Source: an uncultured bacterium
Lineage (GTDB): Bacteria; Patescibacteriota; Minisyncoccia; Phycocordibacterales; PALSA-1337
Direction of reading: 5' to 3'
DNA length: 64,000 nucleotides
Assembly: GCA_903839725.1 (NCBI GenBank)
Contig: CAIMDG010000002.1
Location: 241,117 to 305,116 of the forward strand
The translations under genes and the position numbers were made by a program. Shown here piece by piece: positions 1-9,793 of this stretch. Each line of letters starts with the position of its first letter. Positions within the stretch are counted from its first letter, which is position 1. The notes under the pieces are model-generated. The model ran no database searches. It saw only the letters and a list, made by a program, of their open reading frames with translations, and was not told where the DNA came from.

Positions 1-24
1 AAGAGATAGGGGATCTGTTGATTC

Positions 25-61
25 AAAAATTCAAGGTTACAAATTGTAACCTTGAATTTTT
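25..61. promoter_or_regulatory. Perfect palindrome (18-bp arms, 1-nt centre) just upstream of a TATAAT box; candidate operator
   Basis: AAAAATTCAAGGTTACAA-A-TTGTAACCTTGAATTTTT; TATAAT at 65-70; near-copy inside the downstream gene at 357-379. Confidence 0.6.
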
Positions 62-136
62 TGATATAATACATGTGCGTCTGCCTATTATAAAATAGAA
101 AAACCTCCGTGTCGGACGGAGGGTATTTAGAATTAT

Positions 137-676
137 ATGATACAAGAAATTATTACTATCCCGAATGAAACACTTATAAGCAAAATATTTTTGATAAGAG
201 GTAAGAAGGTCATGTTTGATCGTGACTTAGTAGAACTATATGAAGTAGAAACTAAAGTACTTAATCAAGCAGTGAGAAGAAATCTCGAACGATTTCCTGA
301 AGACTTCATGTTCAAACTGAATGCTGAAGAAACTGAGATGTGGCAACATAATCCTCTAAGGTCACAAATTGTGACCTTAAAGAGGGGTCAGCATATCAAA
401 TATTTTCCAACCGTATTTACCGAACAAGGTGTAGCGATGCTCTCAAGTGTTCTCAAAAGTCCTCGAGCTATTCAAGTAAATATACAGATTATCAGAACTT
501 TCACCAAACTTCGTGAAATACTAACCGAAAATAAAAAGCTAGCGGAGAAAGTCGAAAAGATGGAAAGGAAATATGGCAAACATATTTATGAAATATTTAA
601 AGTAATCAATCATCTAACTACCAAAAAGGAAGTGCCAAAAGAAAAGATAGGATTTAGAAAAACTGATACCAAATAA
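137..676 (+). CDS. ORF6N (KilA-N-like) DNA-binding domain protein
   Basis: IRGKKVMFDRDL..LYEVETKVLNQAVRRNLERFPEDFMF, FTEQGVAMLSSVLKS, C-terminal KIGF. Confidence 0.9.
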   Translation: MIQEIITIPNETLISKIFLIRGKKVMFDRDLVELYEVETKVLNQAVRRNLERFPEDFMFKLNAEETEMWQHNPLRSQIVTLKRGQHIKYFPTVFTEQGVAMLSSVLKSPRAIQVNIQIIRTFTKLREILTENKKLAEKVEKMERKYGKHIYEIFKVINHLTTKKEVPKEKIGFRKTDTK

Positions 677-678
677 GT

Positions 679-716
679 AAAACCGCACAGACCTATTCAG
701 GTGTGTGCGGTTTTTT
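679..716. terminator. Probable bidirectional intrinsic terminator
   Basis: AAAACCGCACA...TGTGCGGTTTTTT between convergent genes. Confidence 0.7.
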
Positions 717-755
717 CGAGCTTACGCTCCGGATTTTCACCGAGTGGACGAACCA

Positions 756-1511
756 CTATTTGTCGGCGGAAACAAGTGCTTCCATATTCCAACGTTTAAC
801 GATCTTAATTTTCTTGAAACCAGCAGCTTTGAGTGAATCAAAGACTTCTGATTCCTTGTATTTAAGATCCGGTTGATTGTCTCGAGCATAATGTTCGACC
901 CATTCGATACCATATGCCCGATCTGCAGGCGAGGAATACACATTCACAATCGTCGTGAGTTGTTTCAGGAGACTGCGCTGATGAACTTTTTCATCATTCT
1001 GCGCAATCTTGTCACCATTCACGAACCTGCCGTTCGGACGAAGCACGCGAGCAATTTCTTTGACGATTTCGCTGCGCACTTGCTGGGGGAGGTTGTGCAA
1101 TACGTATCCAGACACCACCACATCAAAACTATTTGCTTCGCATCCTTTCAAGAATTGAAGCGCATCATTCTGAGTAACGGTTATCGAGATGTTCGCATCA
1201 CGAAGAGTAGACTTCTGACCTTCGATAACACGAGCTTCATATTGTTTGAGCATGGTCGGTTCAATGTCGACACCCACGATGTGCACATTCTTCATCTCTG
1301 CACAGAGTGCCATCGTCGTCATTCCATTTCCGCACCCAAGATCAAGGACCTTCGCCTGACCAGTAAACTTCTTTGGAAGTCCTTTCCGAGCAGATGTTGC
1401 AATCCCGTGTTCAAAGGCAGGAATGTGGGGAATGGCGCGAAGGAGACGATCATAATCTTCTCCGACAATGCCCGCAAAACGACCGTCAGATGTAACGTTT
1501 GTTTTTTTCAT
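756..1511 (-). CDS. Class I SAM-dependent methyltransferase
   Basis: VLDLGCGNG motif I, GVDI, FDVVVSGYVLHNL, RVLRPNGRFV. Confidence 0.9.
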   Translation of the reverse strand: MKKTNVTSDGRFAGIVGEDYDRLLRAIPHIPAFEHGIATSARKGLPKKFTGQAKVLDLGCGNGMTTMALCAEMKNVHIVGVDIEPTMLKQYEARVIEGQKSTLRDANISITVTQNDALQFLKGCEANSFDVVVSGYVLHNLPQQVRSEIVKEIARVLRPNGRFVNGDKIAQNDEKVHQRSLLKQLTTIVNVYSSPADRAYGIEWVEHYARDNQPDLKYKESEVFDSLKAAGFKKIKIVKRWNMEALVSADK

Positions 1512-1544
1512 ATATGTTGTTGTAAAGAACTAGGTTGATGTTTT

Positions 1545-1596
1545 TCTGTTTCGTCCTTTCGGACTCATCAGTCGGAATAACACATTCCGAGACAGA
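1545..1596 (-). ncRNA. Type III hammerhead ribozyme
   Basis: Minus strand reads UCUGUC^UCGGAA-UGUGUUA-UUCCGA-CUGAUGA-GUCC-GAAA-GGAC-GAA-ACAGA: full catalytic core, stems I-III, GUC cleavage triplet. Confidence 0.93.
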
Positions 1597-1701
1597 GACG
1601 GATTGGCATTCTCCGTCGGTTCTGCAAACCATGCTCACGCTTTTAGAAAGGTGACAACAATGAGTGCTTTTGAATCAAAGGTGGCACTATCCTTTGGGTG
1701 A

Positions 1702-2034
1702 TTACCCGAAAATCGCCTTCATAGCAGCCTCAATTACTTCATTAGGTTTAGGACAATTAGATTCCCAAAAAAATTCACCCTTAATATCTGTTTCTCTGAG
1801 AAGAGGGGTGTCTTCGCCATCTCTCTTAATCATAATCTTGGAAGGATCGACTCCGTGCCGAAGAAGATGACAGGCGAATATTGTGGCGGTCATACACCTC
1901 CCAATCGCCCTCTGTTCCAGTGAAGTCTCCATATCACCTACTAAAGGTGAACATTCGACACATCCACATGTTCCAGCGTAAGTAAACATCTTTTGAAGTT
2001 GTTCGAGTTCTGCTTGAATCTGCTCATTTTTCAT
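1702..2034 (-). CDS. Hypothetical protein with CGCVEC cluster
   Basis: 110-aa ORF preceded by AAAGGAAA and a consensus-like promoter. Confidence 0.65.
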   Translation of the reverse strand: MKNEQIQAELEQLQKMFTYAGTCGCVECSPLVGDMETSLEQRAIGRCMTATIFACHLLRHGVDPSKIMIKRDGEDTPLLRETDIKGEFFWESNCPKPNEVIEAAMKAIFG

Positions 2035-2115
2035 AACTATTTCCTTTTCTGGTGTTCAATGGCACACCTACTTAAAGCCTTGTTTTAAATGTTCTGTTAT
2101 TGACTTTCTGGTATA

Positions 2116-2144
2116 AGTATATCATAATTTTCATTCTTGGTCAA
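2116..2144 (-). promoter_or_regulatory. Sigma70-type promoter for the 2034/1511 unit
   Basis: TTGACC-N17-TATACT on the minus strand, with extended -10 TG. Confidence 0.6.
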
Positions 2145-2245
2145 ACAAAGTAAAATAAATATGTTGTAATTTGGCTTTATATAGCCATAAAATACTGTTG
2201 ACAATCAATTGACAAAATGTAATCAATTTGTTAGGATATGTATCA

Positions 2246-3007
2246 ATGAAGGAAAAACTCCAACAAATAGGCCTTAATTCAACAGAGATAGACATCTATC
2301 TAGCTCTTTTGGAGCATGGCAAAATAACACCTGCCAATATCAGTCGTATTACAGGTATCAATAGAAGCACGACCTATGCAGCTGCAGATGAATTGAAGAA
2401 AAAGGGAATTATCGAAGAAGATCTATCTGGAAAGACCAAGTATCTCATCGCTTTACCACCAGAAAGGCTGACTGATTATCTTGAAAAGAAGATTACTGAA
2501 CTCAAACGTCAGGAGCATCTCGTCAAAAGCATCATCCCCGAACTAGAACTACTTCCGAAGTCAGGGAACTACTCAATTCCAAAGGTGCAATTTATAAATG
2601 GCGCGGACATCGAGGAATTCTTGTACAAAAAAACTCCTATTTGGGAACAAAGCATGCGCGACATGAATGAAAAAACCTGGTGGGGATTCCAGGATCATAC
2701 ATTCGTAGAGAATCCTGCTTACTTGAAATGGATTCTCTGGTACTGGAAACAAGCAAAGGAAGAAATAGACTTAAAATTATTCACCAATCAATCTGAAATA
2801 GAAGAGGGGATGAAAGCTGAGAATCTTTCGCGTAGACAGCTCAAATTGTGGACCGGCGACAGCTTTACATCAACACAATGGATACTAGGGGAATACATTG
2901 TTTCGATAGTGACACGCGAAAAATTACATTATTTGGTTCAGATCAGAGACAAAGTGCTTGCGGATAGTATGCGAAATTTTGCAAAAAAATTGTGGAGTAA
3001 AGATTAA
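2246..3007 (+). CDS. TrmB-family transcriptional regulator
   Basis: LQQIGLNSTEIDIYLALLEHG..ISRITGINRSTTY wHTH; start moved to ATG 2246. Confidence 0.85.
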   Translation: MKEKLQQIGLNSTEIDIYLALLEHGKITPANISRITGINRSTTYAAADELKKKGIIEEDLSGKTKYLIALPPERLTDYLEKKITELKRQEHLVKSIIPELELLPKSGNYSIPKVQFINGADIEEFLYKKTPIWEQSMRDMNEKTWWGFQDHTFVENPAYLKWILWYWKQAKEEIDLKLFTNQSEIEEGMKAENLSRRQLKLWTGDSFTSTQWILGEYIVSIVTREKLHYLVQIRDKVLADSMRNFAKKLWSKD

Positions 3008-3064
3008 TAAAAAACGACGAGTTCATCCAAGTGAACTCGTCGCGAAGAGACTGAAAGAGCGCCA

Positions 3065-3532
3065 TCACATCAGAAAACTCAAACACTGATCAGGCTCGAT
3101 AATATAATCGAGATACAGCCAATAGATGATAGGCATTTGGCCTCGAATATTTTGGACCTGTGGCACAAATAGATTGTTATCACTGTCACGCACGACTGAT
3201 TGCCAGAGATGAGGCTTCTTGCCCTTGAAAATTGAGTGGCAGTGTTCATACGTGGCAATCGACACCCCGTCTTCCAAATTTAAACAATCACCCAAAAGTG
3301 CTCTTGTTTTGATGGTATCGAAGGCGTCATATGCCGGAAGAGTGGAACTATTCCCGAGCTGAAATGACAGAGGGAAAATCCTCCCAATATCAAGCTTGGG
3401 ACGGTCAGTTGAAACATACTCTGGAAATACCCATGCAGAAGCCCACTCAGGAAGCGATAACGACGGCCTATATGCTACCGAACGACTGCGGCTCAATATC
3501 ACCGTAGGAATGATTATTTGTGGATTTTTCAT
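3065..3532 (-). CDS. Hypothetical protein
   Basis: 155-aa ORF, no motif recognised. Confidence 0.55.
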   Translation of the reverse strand: MKNPQIIIPTVILSRSRSVAYRPSLSLPEWASAWVFPEYVSTDRPKLDIGRIFPLSFQLGNSSTLPAYDAFDTIKTRALLGDCLNLEDGVSIATYEHCHSIFKGKKPHLWQSVVRDSDNNLFVPQVQNIRGQMPIIYWLYLDYIIEPDQCLSFLM

Positions 3533-3728
3533 TGTAAAAGAAAGTTGATATATCTTATTTATACATGTAAAAAATAGATAGTCAATTCATGCGCATTTTT
3601 ATAAATCATGCTACATTGACTGATATTAGACATTACAAACTAACCGCCTCCAGATAGGCAGGTTTGAAGATACAACAAATAATCTTGTCGCTATCAATTC
3701 AAGTCTGAAATCTGAAGGCGAAACTACA

Positions 3729-5870
3729 ATGACGAAAAAACAATACTCGATCGAAATCGGTGGCAAGATATTATCAGCCGAATTCAACGACCTCGCTGAG
3801 AATGCTGACGGGTCAGTCATCGTGCGTTACGGAAATACTGCAGTGCTCGCTACTGCTGTTATGGGCGACTTGAAAGATGGAGATTTCTTTCCTCTCACTG
3901 TTGATTTTGAGGAGCGTTTCTACGCTGCAGGAAGAATTCTTGGATCACGTTTCGTACGACGTGAAGGAAAACCTTCTACAGAGGCTATTTTGTCAGGACG
4001 TATCATCGACCGTACCATCCGCCCACTTTTCAATCAGAAAATGCGTAATGAAGTCCAGGTTATTGTCACCACTCTTGCAATAGATGAGTACGATCCAGAT
4101 GTTATCTCAGTTATCGCTGCATCACTCGCTCTTGGTACATCACGTATTCCATGGAATGGACCTGCTTCTGCTATTCGTATTGCTAAGGATCATAACTGGT
4201 TCATCAATCCTGATTATGCAACACGCGATGAGGCGAAGATAGACCTTGAATTGGTTGCATGCGGAAAAGATGGCATGATCAATATGATCGAAGTGGCTAG
4301 TAGGGAAGTTGGCGAAGACCTCATGAACGAATCACTTGCCCGAGCGAGTGAAGAAATAGAGAAAATCCAAACATGGCAAAAACAAATCATTGCTGAAATA
4401 GGCAAACCAAAAGCAACGATCGTATTACCTGAACCAACTCCTGGAACAACTGAGTTATTCAAGGCTGAAATCACACCAAAACTCAAAGAGTACATCATGA
4501 GTAGCACACCAGGTCATGCTCGTATCAATGAAATCAATGGTATCTGGTCAAATACATTTGCTGAAAAGTTTCCTGAAGGAAATAAAGCAATGGCGCAAGA
4601 AGTATTCGAAGAAGCGGTCAATGAATTGCTCCATGAAGAAGCTATCAAGAATGGTAAACGTGCTGACGGTAGAACTCTCGACGAAGTTCGCCCGTTGTTT
4701 GCGCAAGCTGGTGGAGTTTCACCGATCCTTCACGGTTCCGGAATCTTCTATCGCGGAGGTACACACATCCTTTCGGCGCTTACATTGGGAAGTCCGGGAG
4801 ATGCTCAGGTTCTCGATGGTTTGATGGAACAACCAGACAAGCGTTTCATGCACCATTACAATTTTCCTCCATTTTCAACAGGTGAAACAGGTCGTGTCGG
4901 TGGCACGAATCGCCGCATGATCGGTCACGGAGCATTGGCTGAAAAGGCATTGGTTCCGGTCATTCCTGCAAAAGATGTATTCCCCTATACGATACGCATC
5001 GTCTCTGAAGCAATGTCTTCGAACGGTTCAACGTCGATGGGATCAGTCTGTGGATCAACACTCGCACTCATGGATGCCGGCGTTCCAATCAAAGCTCCAG
5101 TGGCAGGAATCGCTTCAGGTCTCATGATGAAGAGTCCCACTGAATACAAGGTGCTCACTGACATTCAAGGCCCTGAAGATCATCACGGCGACATGGACTT
5201 CAAGGTTGCAGGTACCCGCACAGGCATCACTGCAGTACAAATGGACGTTAAAGTTGGTGGAATCCCACTCAAGATTCTTGCTGAAGCTTTTGAAAAGGCA
5301 AAGACGGCTCGCTTTACCATTCTCGACGTGATCGAAAAAGAAATCGCTACACCACGAGCAAAAATATCACCACATGCACCAGAAATCATCGTCATGAAGA
5401 TCAAACCTGATCAGATCGGACTCGTTATCGGTTCAGGAGGTAAAACAATAAATGAAATTCGCGACAATACGAAGGTTGAAGATATCACCATCGAAGATGA
5501 TGGAACAATATTTATCACCGGCAAGAATGAAACTGCACAAAAAGCGAAGGATATTATTTATGGTATGACTCGCGAATACAAGCCCGGCGAAAGATTCGAT
5601 GGGGAAGTGACTCGTCTCATGGACTTTGGTGCATTCGTAAAGATTGGACCAAATTCAGAAGGACTTGTTCATGTCTCTGAATTGGCCTCATTCCGTGTCG
5701 AACATGTCGAGACCTATGTCAAAGAAGGGGACAAAGTTCCTGTAGTTGTGAAGGAAGTCGATGAAAAGGGCAGAATAAACCTCTCAATCAAAGCTGCAAA
5801 CCCAAATTTCTTCACCAAAAAAGACGAACTCCCTCGCCCACCGCGCCCCGATTTCAAAAAGAGATACTAG
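3729..5870 (+). CDS. pnp: Polyribonucleotide nucleotidyltransferase
   Basis: FFPLTVDFEERFYAAG, HYNFPPFSTGE, SNGSTSMGSVC, GDMDFKVAG; KH and S1 domains. Confidence 0.98.
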   Translation: MTKKQYSIEIGGKILSAEFNDLAENADGSVIVRYGNTAVLATAVMGDLKDGDFFPLTVDFEERFYAAGRILGSRFVRREGKPSTEAILSGRIIDRTIRPLFNQKMRNEVQVIVTTLAIDEYDPDVISVIAASLALGTSRIPWNGPASAIRIAKDHNWFINPDYATRDEAKIDLELVACGKDGMINMIEVASREVGEDLMNESLARASEEIEKIQTWQKQIIAEIGKPKATIVLPEPTPGTTELFKAEITPKLKEYIMSSTPGHARINEINGIWSNTFAEKFPEGNKAMAQEVFEEAVNELLHEEAIKNGKRADGRTLDEVRPLFAQAGGVSPILHGSGIFYRGGTHILSALTLGSPGDAQVLDGLMEQPDKRFMHHYNFPPFSTGETGRVGGTNRRMIGHGALAEKALVPVIPAKDVFPYTIRIVSEAMSSNGSTSMGSVCGSTLALMDAGVPIKAPVAGIASGLMMKSPTEYKVLTDIQGPEDHHGDMDFKVAGTRTGITAVQMDVKVGGIPLKILAEAFEKAKTARFTILDVIEKEIATPRAKISPHAPEIIVMKIKPDQIGLVIGSGGKTINEIRDNTKVEDITIEDDGTIFITGKNETAQKAKDIIYGMTREYKPGERFDGEVTRLMDFGAFVKIGPNSEGLVHVSELASFRVEHVETYVKEGDKVPVVVKEVDEKGRINLSIKAANPNFFTKKDELPRPPRPDFKKRY

Positions 5871-5954
5871 AGAAAAAATAACAATAATCAAATCTCAATT
5901 TCCAAATGATCACATTTGATGTGTAACGACCCGCACACTACATAAGTACGGGTG

Positions 5955-5995
5955 GAACAATTCCCAGCGGGATGTCGTCTCATCGTGTAATTCTT
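5955..5995 (+). repeat. Hairpin element family A, truncated copy A1
   Basis: ATTCCCAGCGGGATGTCGTCTCAT..ATTCTT matches the 5' part of the 63-nt core. Confidence 0.8.
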
Positions 5996-6028
5996 GATGA
6001 TAAAATGAGGTTGAATTAGAACCCCTGA

Positions 6029-6147
6029 CATATATGAATAAAATGGACACTGCGAGCCTGACTGAGGCGAGCACTAGGAATTTTTCAGCAGACGAATGAG
6101 CACATTCGCCACTGGGCAAATATCCGCGTCCATTTTATTCATATATG
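6029..6147 (+). repeat. Hairpin element family B, copy B1
   Basis: 20-bp perfect arms 6029-6048 / 6128-6147; core GCGAGCACTAGGAATTTTTCAGCA shared with B2. Confidence 0.85.
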
Positions 6148-6235
6148 CGGCTGGTTCTTCTCGCTGAGATTCTTATTTTATCTAGACACATACCAAGTAT
6201 TTCTGTTTTATCCCACACGCGCTATAATAGTCCCA

Positions 6236-7732
6236 ATGGACGACACTCAAGATCCACAAAACGACATAGTCAGCTCTGAAAATACGGAAACAACTGAGAA
6301 TGATGAATCAGAAATAAAATCTGGTCAGGTATTCGATATATCTGATGACAACATATCTCCTGCTTCAAATACTGAAGACGAGATGCCTCGCCCTATTTCA
6401 CGTACAACAATCCCTACGATAAAACCGAAGCCCCGCGTTATACCGATTCAAAATATTCCACCAGTAACAATACAATCAAAAGTCATACCTGATATTTCAG
6501 AAAAGACTCAGGAACAAACACCTATAAGACCATTCACTGGCTCCTTATCAAATTTGGAAATGGAAGTTGGTTCTCTGATCCCTCGAAACATGCAACAAAA
6601 AGAAAATCCTTTTGTTCATACAGCACCACCAGAAGAAAAAACAGAAACAGCTCATGAATACGACCAAAAAAATCTCAGAACATATGAAGGTGATGTTGCC
6701 AACATGCTCGCACATACCAAAACTTCAACCACGTCAATAGCTATTGCGGAAAGTCGTAAAACACACGGAACTGACATGATGGGAAGTGATGTCCAGACTC
6801 ATTCTACTGGAAAATTACTGCTTGTATTGGCAAGCATAGTACTTGTTGTTGGTGGGGTATTTGGTGCATATTATTTTTACAGTAAAAGCCCCTTGGCTCA
6901 AAAAGCTGTACCTGTAGTCCCCGAACAAAAAGTCACAAGTCTTATTCCCGCTGATGTACATACGAGTATAGCTATAAATAACCTCGGGCAAGCTGAAATT
7001 ATTTCACGCATCAAACAAGAAATTGCAAAACCATTACCAGGGGACACCATCAAAGATATTGTTCTTGTACGTGAAAATAATGCTGCTATTTCAACGGTCC
7101 TGTCGACTGACATATTAAAGACGATGAATATAGAGCCACCAAATATCCTTACTCGCACCCTCACACCACAATGGATGCTCGGTGTATATTCGAATGAAAA
7201 TAACGAGAAGAGTGTCTTTACTGTTTTCACAACAAATTATTTCCAAAATGCATTTTCAGGAATGCTCCAGTGGGAAAAAATAATGCCTGATGATATAAAA
7301 CAATACTTATTTGCTACACCACCACAAGGAATATCAAACAATCCTGGACAAGCAGTAAGACCAACCGTCGGTCCTGGAAGTCCTTTCGCTAACATCAATG
7401 CTCTTTTACCAAACTCAGATGTTCCAACCTCAACAAATCAAACAGGAACAACAACCAAACTTGCCAAGAAGTTGGCGCCAGCATCAACAACAGTCTCCTC
7501 GACTACAGAAATAGTAGTTCCTGAACCACCACTACAAGCATATGTGACGATCAATGGTCAATTTGAAGATCGTATTGTTAAAAACAAAGATATTCGCGCA
7601 TTCAAGACAACAGATGGTACTGTTCTTTTCCTCTACTCATTTATAGATAGCAATAAACTCATCATTACCGATAAAGAAGAGACTCTGGCCGACATATTGA
7701 TACGCCTTGAAAAACAAACATTCATGAGGTAG
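6236..7732 (+). CDS. Hypothetical single-pass membrane protein
   Basis: Low-complexity N-terminus, one TM segment, folded C-terminal region. Confidence 0.8.
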   Translation: MDDTQDPQNDIVSSENTETTENDESEIKSGQVFDISDDNISPASNTEDEMPRPISRTTIPTIKPKPRVIPIQNIPPVTIQSKVIPDISEKTQEQTPIRPFTGSLSNLEMEVGSLIPRNMQQKENPFVHTAPPEEKTETAHEYDQKNLRTYEGDVANMLAHTKTSTTSIAIAESRKTHGTDMMGSDVQTHSTGKLLLVLASIVLVVGGVFGAYYFYSKSPLAQKAVPVVPEQKVTSLIPADVHTSIAINNLGQAEIISRIKQEIAKPLPGDTIKDIVLVRENNAAISTVLSTDILKTMNIEPPNILTRTLTPQWMLGVYSNENNEKSVFTVFTTNYFQNAFSGMLQWEKIMPDDIKQYLFATPPQGISNNPGQAVRPTVGPGSPFANINALLPNSDVPTSTNQTGTTTKLAKKLAPASTTVSSTTEIVVPEPPLQAYVTINGQFEDRIVKNKDIRAFKTTDGTVLFLYSFIDSNKLIITDKEETLADILIRLEKQTFMR

Positions 7733-7735
7733 AAT

Positions 7736-8107
7736 ATGGGCATGAATAAAAAGGAGACCGAACAATTCAAAAAGAAACTCGTCGCAGAAAAGGCTGAACT
7801 CGAAGCTGAATTAGCTTTGGTTGGTCAACGTAATCCCAATAATCCCAATACTTGGGAAGCAAATACTGGTGGTATGGAAGTTGACGCTGCTGATGAAAAT
7901 GAAGTAGCAGACAAACTCGAAGAATACGAAGGTAATGCGGGTATTGTTACACAACTTGAAAACCAACTTATCGAAGTAAATGCCGCACTTGATCGTATCG
8001 AAAAAGGAACCTATGGTCTCTGCGAGAAATGTGGCAAACCTATAGATAAGGGCCGTCTCGAAGCAAACCCATCATCACGATTTAGTATCGATCACGCAAC
8101 TAAATAA
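7736..8107 (+). CDS. TraR/DksA-family protein
   Basis: ALDRIEKGTYGLCEKCGKPIDKGRLEANP; coiled coil. Confidence 0.88.
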   Translation: MGMNKKETEQFKKKLVAEKAELEAELALVGQRNPNNPNTWEANTGGMEVDAADENEVADKLEEYEGNAGIVTQLENQLIEVNAALDRIEKGTYGLCEKCGKPIDKGRLEANPSSRFSIDHATK

Positions 8108-8110
8108 TAT

Positions 8111-8135
8111 AAAAAGCCTCGAAAGAGGCTTTTTT
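8111..8135 (+). terminator. Intrinsic terminator
   Basis: AAAAAGCCTC-GAAA-GAGGCTTTTTT. Confidence 0.8.
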
Positions 8136-8266
8136 GTTTCCGCTTATCACCGAGAGTCCAAAAGGAACATGTTGGACTTTCTGCACTATGTAGAACATTT
8201 TAAATCTTCATCAAGATTTGATTCTTTTTTCATCAATTCTTCATTCAACTGCAGTATGATCCAATC

Positions 8267-9793
8267 ATGGCAATTGCAAAAACATATACAGCTCAACTCA
8301 ATGGACTTGAAACTGAAATCATAACTGTTGAAGTAGACATAACAAATGGTCTCCATGCATTTTCAGTCGTTGGTATGGGTGACAGATCAGTAACAGAAGC
8401 CAAAGATCGCATATCAGCAGCAATAAAAAATAGTGAGTACACATCTCCGAAACAGAAAAATCAAAAAGTTGTCATATCACTTGCGCCCGCGGATCTGAAG
8501 AAGGAAGGAACCAATTTTGATCTTGCGATGGCAATAGCATATCTTTCAGCTGCGCATGAAATAGATTTTGACCCTGAACACACACTAATTCTTGGAGAAT
8601 TATCACTGGAAGGTCATGTAACTAAAATCCATGGTATTTTACCTATTCTCTGTAAGGCTCCAGAATACGGCTTTACGTCTGTATTTATACCAGAAAAAAA
8701 TAGTACTGAGGCTTCCTTGGCACGAGATATAACAATATATCCAGTCAATTCATTACAGGAAATTATACATCATATTTCTGGAACACAAATTATTAAAGCG
8801 CTCGAACATTCTCAATATAGTGATCATGCGACAGATAGTGCACATATCGACATGAAAACAATTCGAGGTAATGAGGTTGCGAAAAGGGGATTAGAAATTG
8901 CTGCAGCCGGTGGACACAATGTCATCATGTATGGACCGCCAGGTACAGGAAAGACTATGCTGGCACAAAGTTTTGCATCAATACTTCCTGCATTGTCATA
9001 TGAACATGCTGTTGAAGTTACAGGGATACATTCAGCCGCTCGTACACTACAAAATAATCTCATCTACAATCCACCATTTCGAGCGCCCCACCACACAGCC
9101 TCGTACCCATCGATTGTTGGTGGTGGAATCATTCCCAAACCAGGAGAGATAACATTAGCTCACCGAGGCGTGCTATTTGCCGATGAATTTCCGGAATTTG
9201 ATCGAAAAGTTATAGAGGCATTACGGCAACCTCTTGAAAATGGAACAATAACAATCTCTCGAGCACGTGGCGTGATAACATTTCCTGCACAATGCATCTT
9301 GATAGCTTCGATGAATCCTTGTCCTTGCGGAAAAAGTGGCACAAAAGAATGTTCGTGTTCACAACACACCATCGAAAACTACCGACGCAAAATTTCTGGA
9401 CCGATTGCTGATCGTATTGATATATGGCTCAACGTTGAGAAGGTGGATTATGAAAAACTAGCAGCAAAAGTACATATATCTGAATCTTCAGAATCGATAC
9501 GGAAAAGAGTTACTGTATGTCGTTCTCGGCAGTTCGAAAGATTTAGAAAATACAAGATAAAGAAAACATACAATAGCGAACTTTCCGCAGCTGATATAGA
9601 AACATGTGTACACATTGAAGATGGGGCCCGCTCTATATTAGCAGTATCTGCAGAAAAGCTTGAACTATCCGGCAGAGCATTCCACAGAATTATCAAAGTA
9701 GCACAAACTATAGCTGATCTAGAACAAAAAGAAATAATCTCCAAGGAACATATACTTGAAGCCCTACAATATAGACGCAAAATATCAAACTAG
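8267..9793 (+). CDS. comM: ComM/YifB Mg-chelatase-like AAA+ ATPase
   Basis: GPPGTGKT, PFRAPHHTAS, PGEITLAHRGVLFADEFPEF, MNPCPCG. Confidence 0.95.
   Translation: MAIAKTYTAQLNGLETEIITVEVDITNGLHAFSVVGMGDRSVTEAKDRISAAIKNSEYTSPKQKNQKVVISLAPADLKKEGTNFDLAMAIAYLSAAHEIDFDPEHTLILGELSLEGHVTKIHGILPILCKAPEYGFTSVFIPEKNSTEASLARDITIYPVNSLQEIIHHISGTQIIKALEHSQYSDHATDSAHIDMKTIRGNEVAKRGLEIAAAGGHNVIMYGPPGTGKTMLAQSFASILPALSYEHAVEVTGIHSAARTLQNNLIYNPPFRAPHHTASYPSIVGGGIIPKPGEITLAHRGVLFADEFPEFDRKVIEALRQPLENGTITISRARGVITFPAQCILIASMNPCPCGKSGTKECSCSQHTIENYRRKISGPIADRIDIWLNVEKVDYEKLAAKVHISESSESIRKRVTVCRSRQFERFRKYKIKKTYNSELSAADIETCVHIEDGARSILAVSAEKLELSGRAFHRIIKVAQTIADLEQKEIISKEHILEALQYRRKISN

Noticed and set aside
873-1538. 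221-aa plus-strand ORF, and similarly 42374-42964 on the minus strand
   Set aside because: Antisense shadows of better supported genes.
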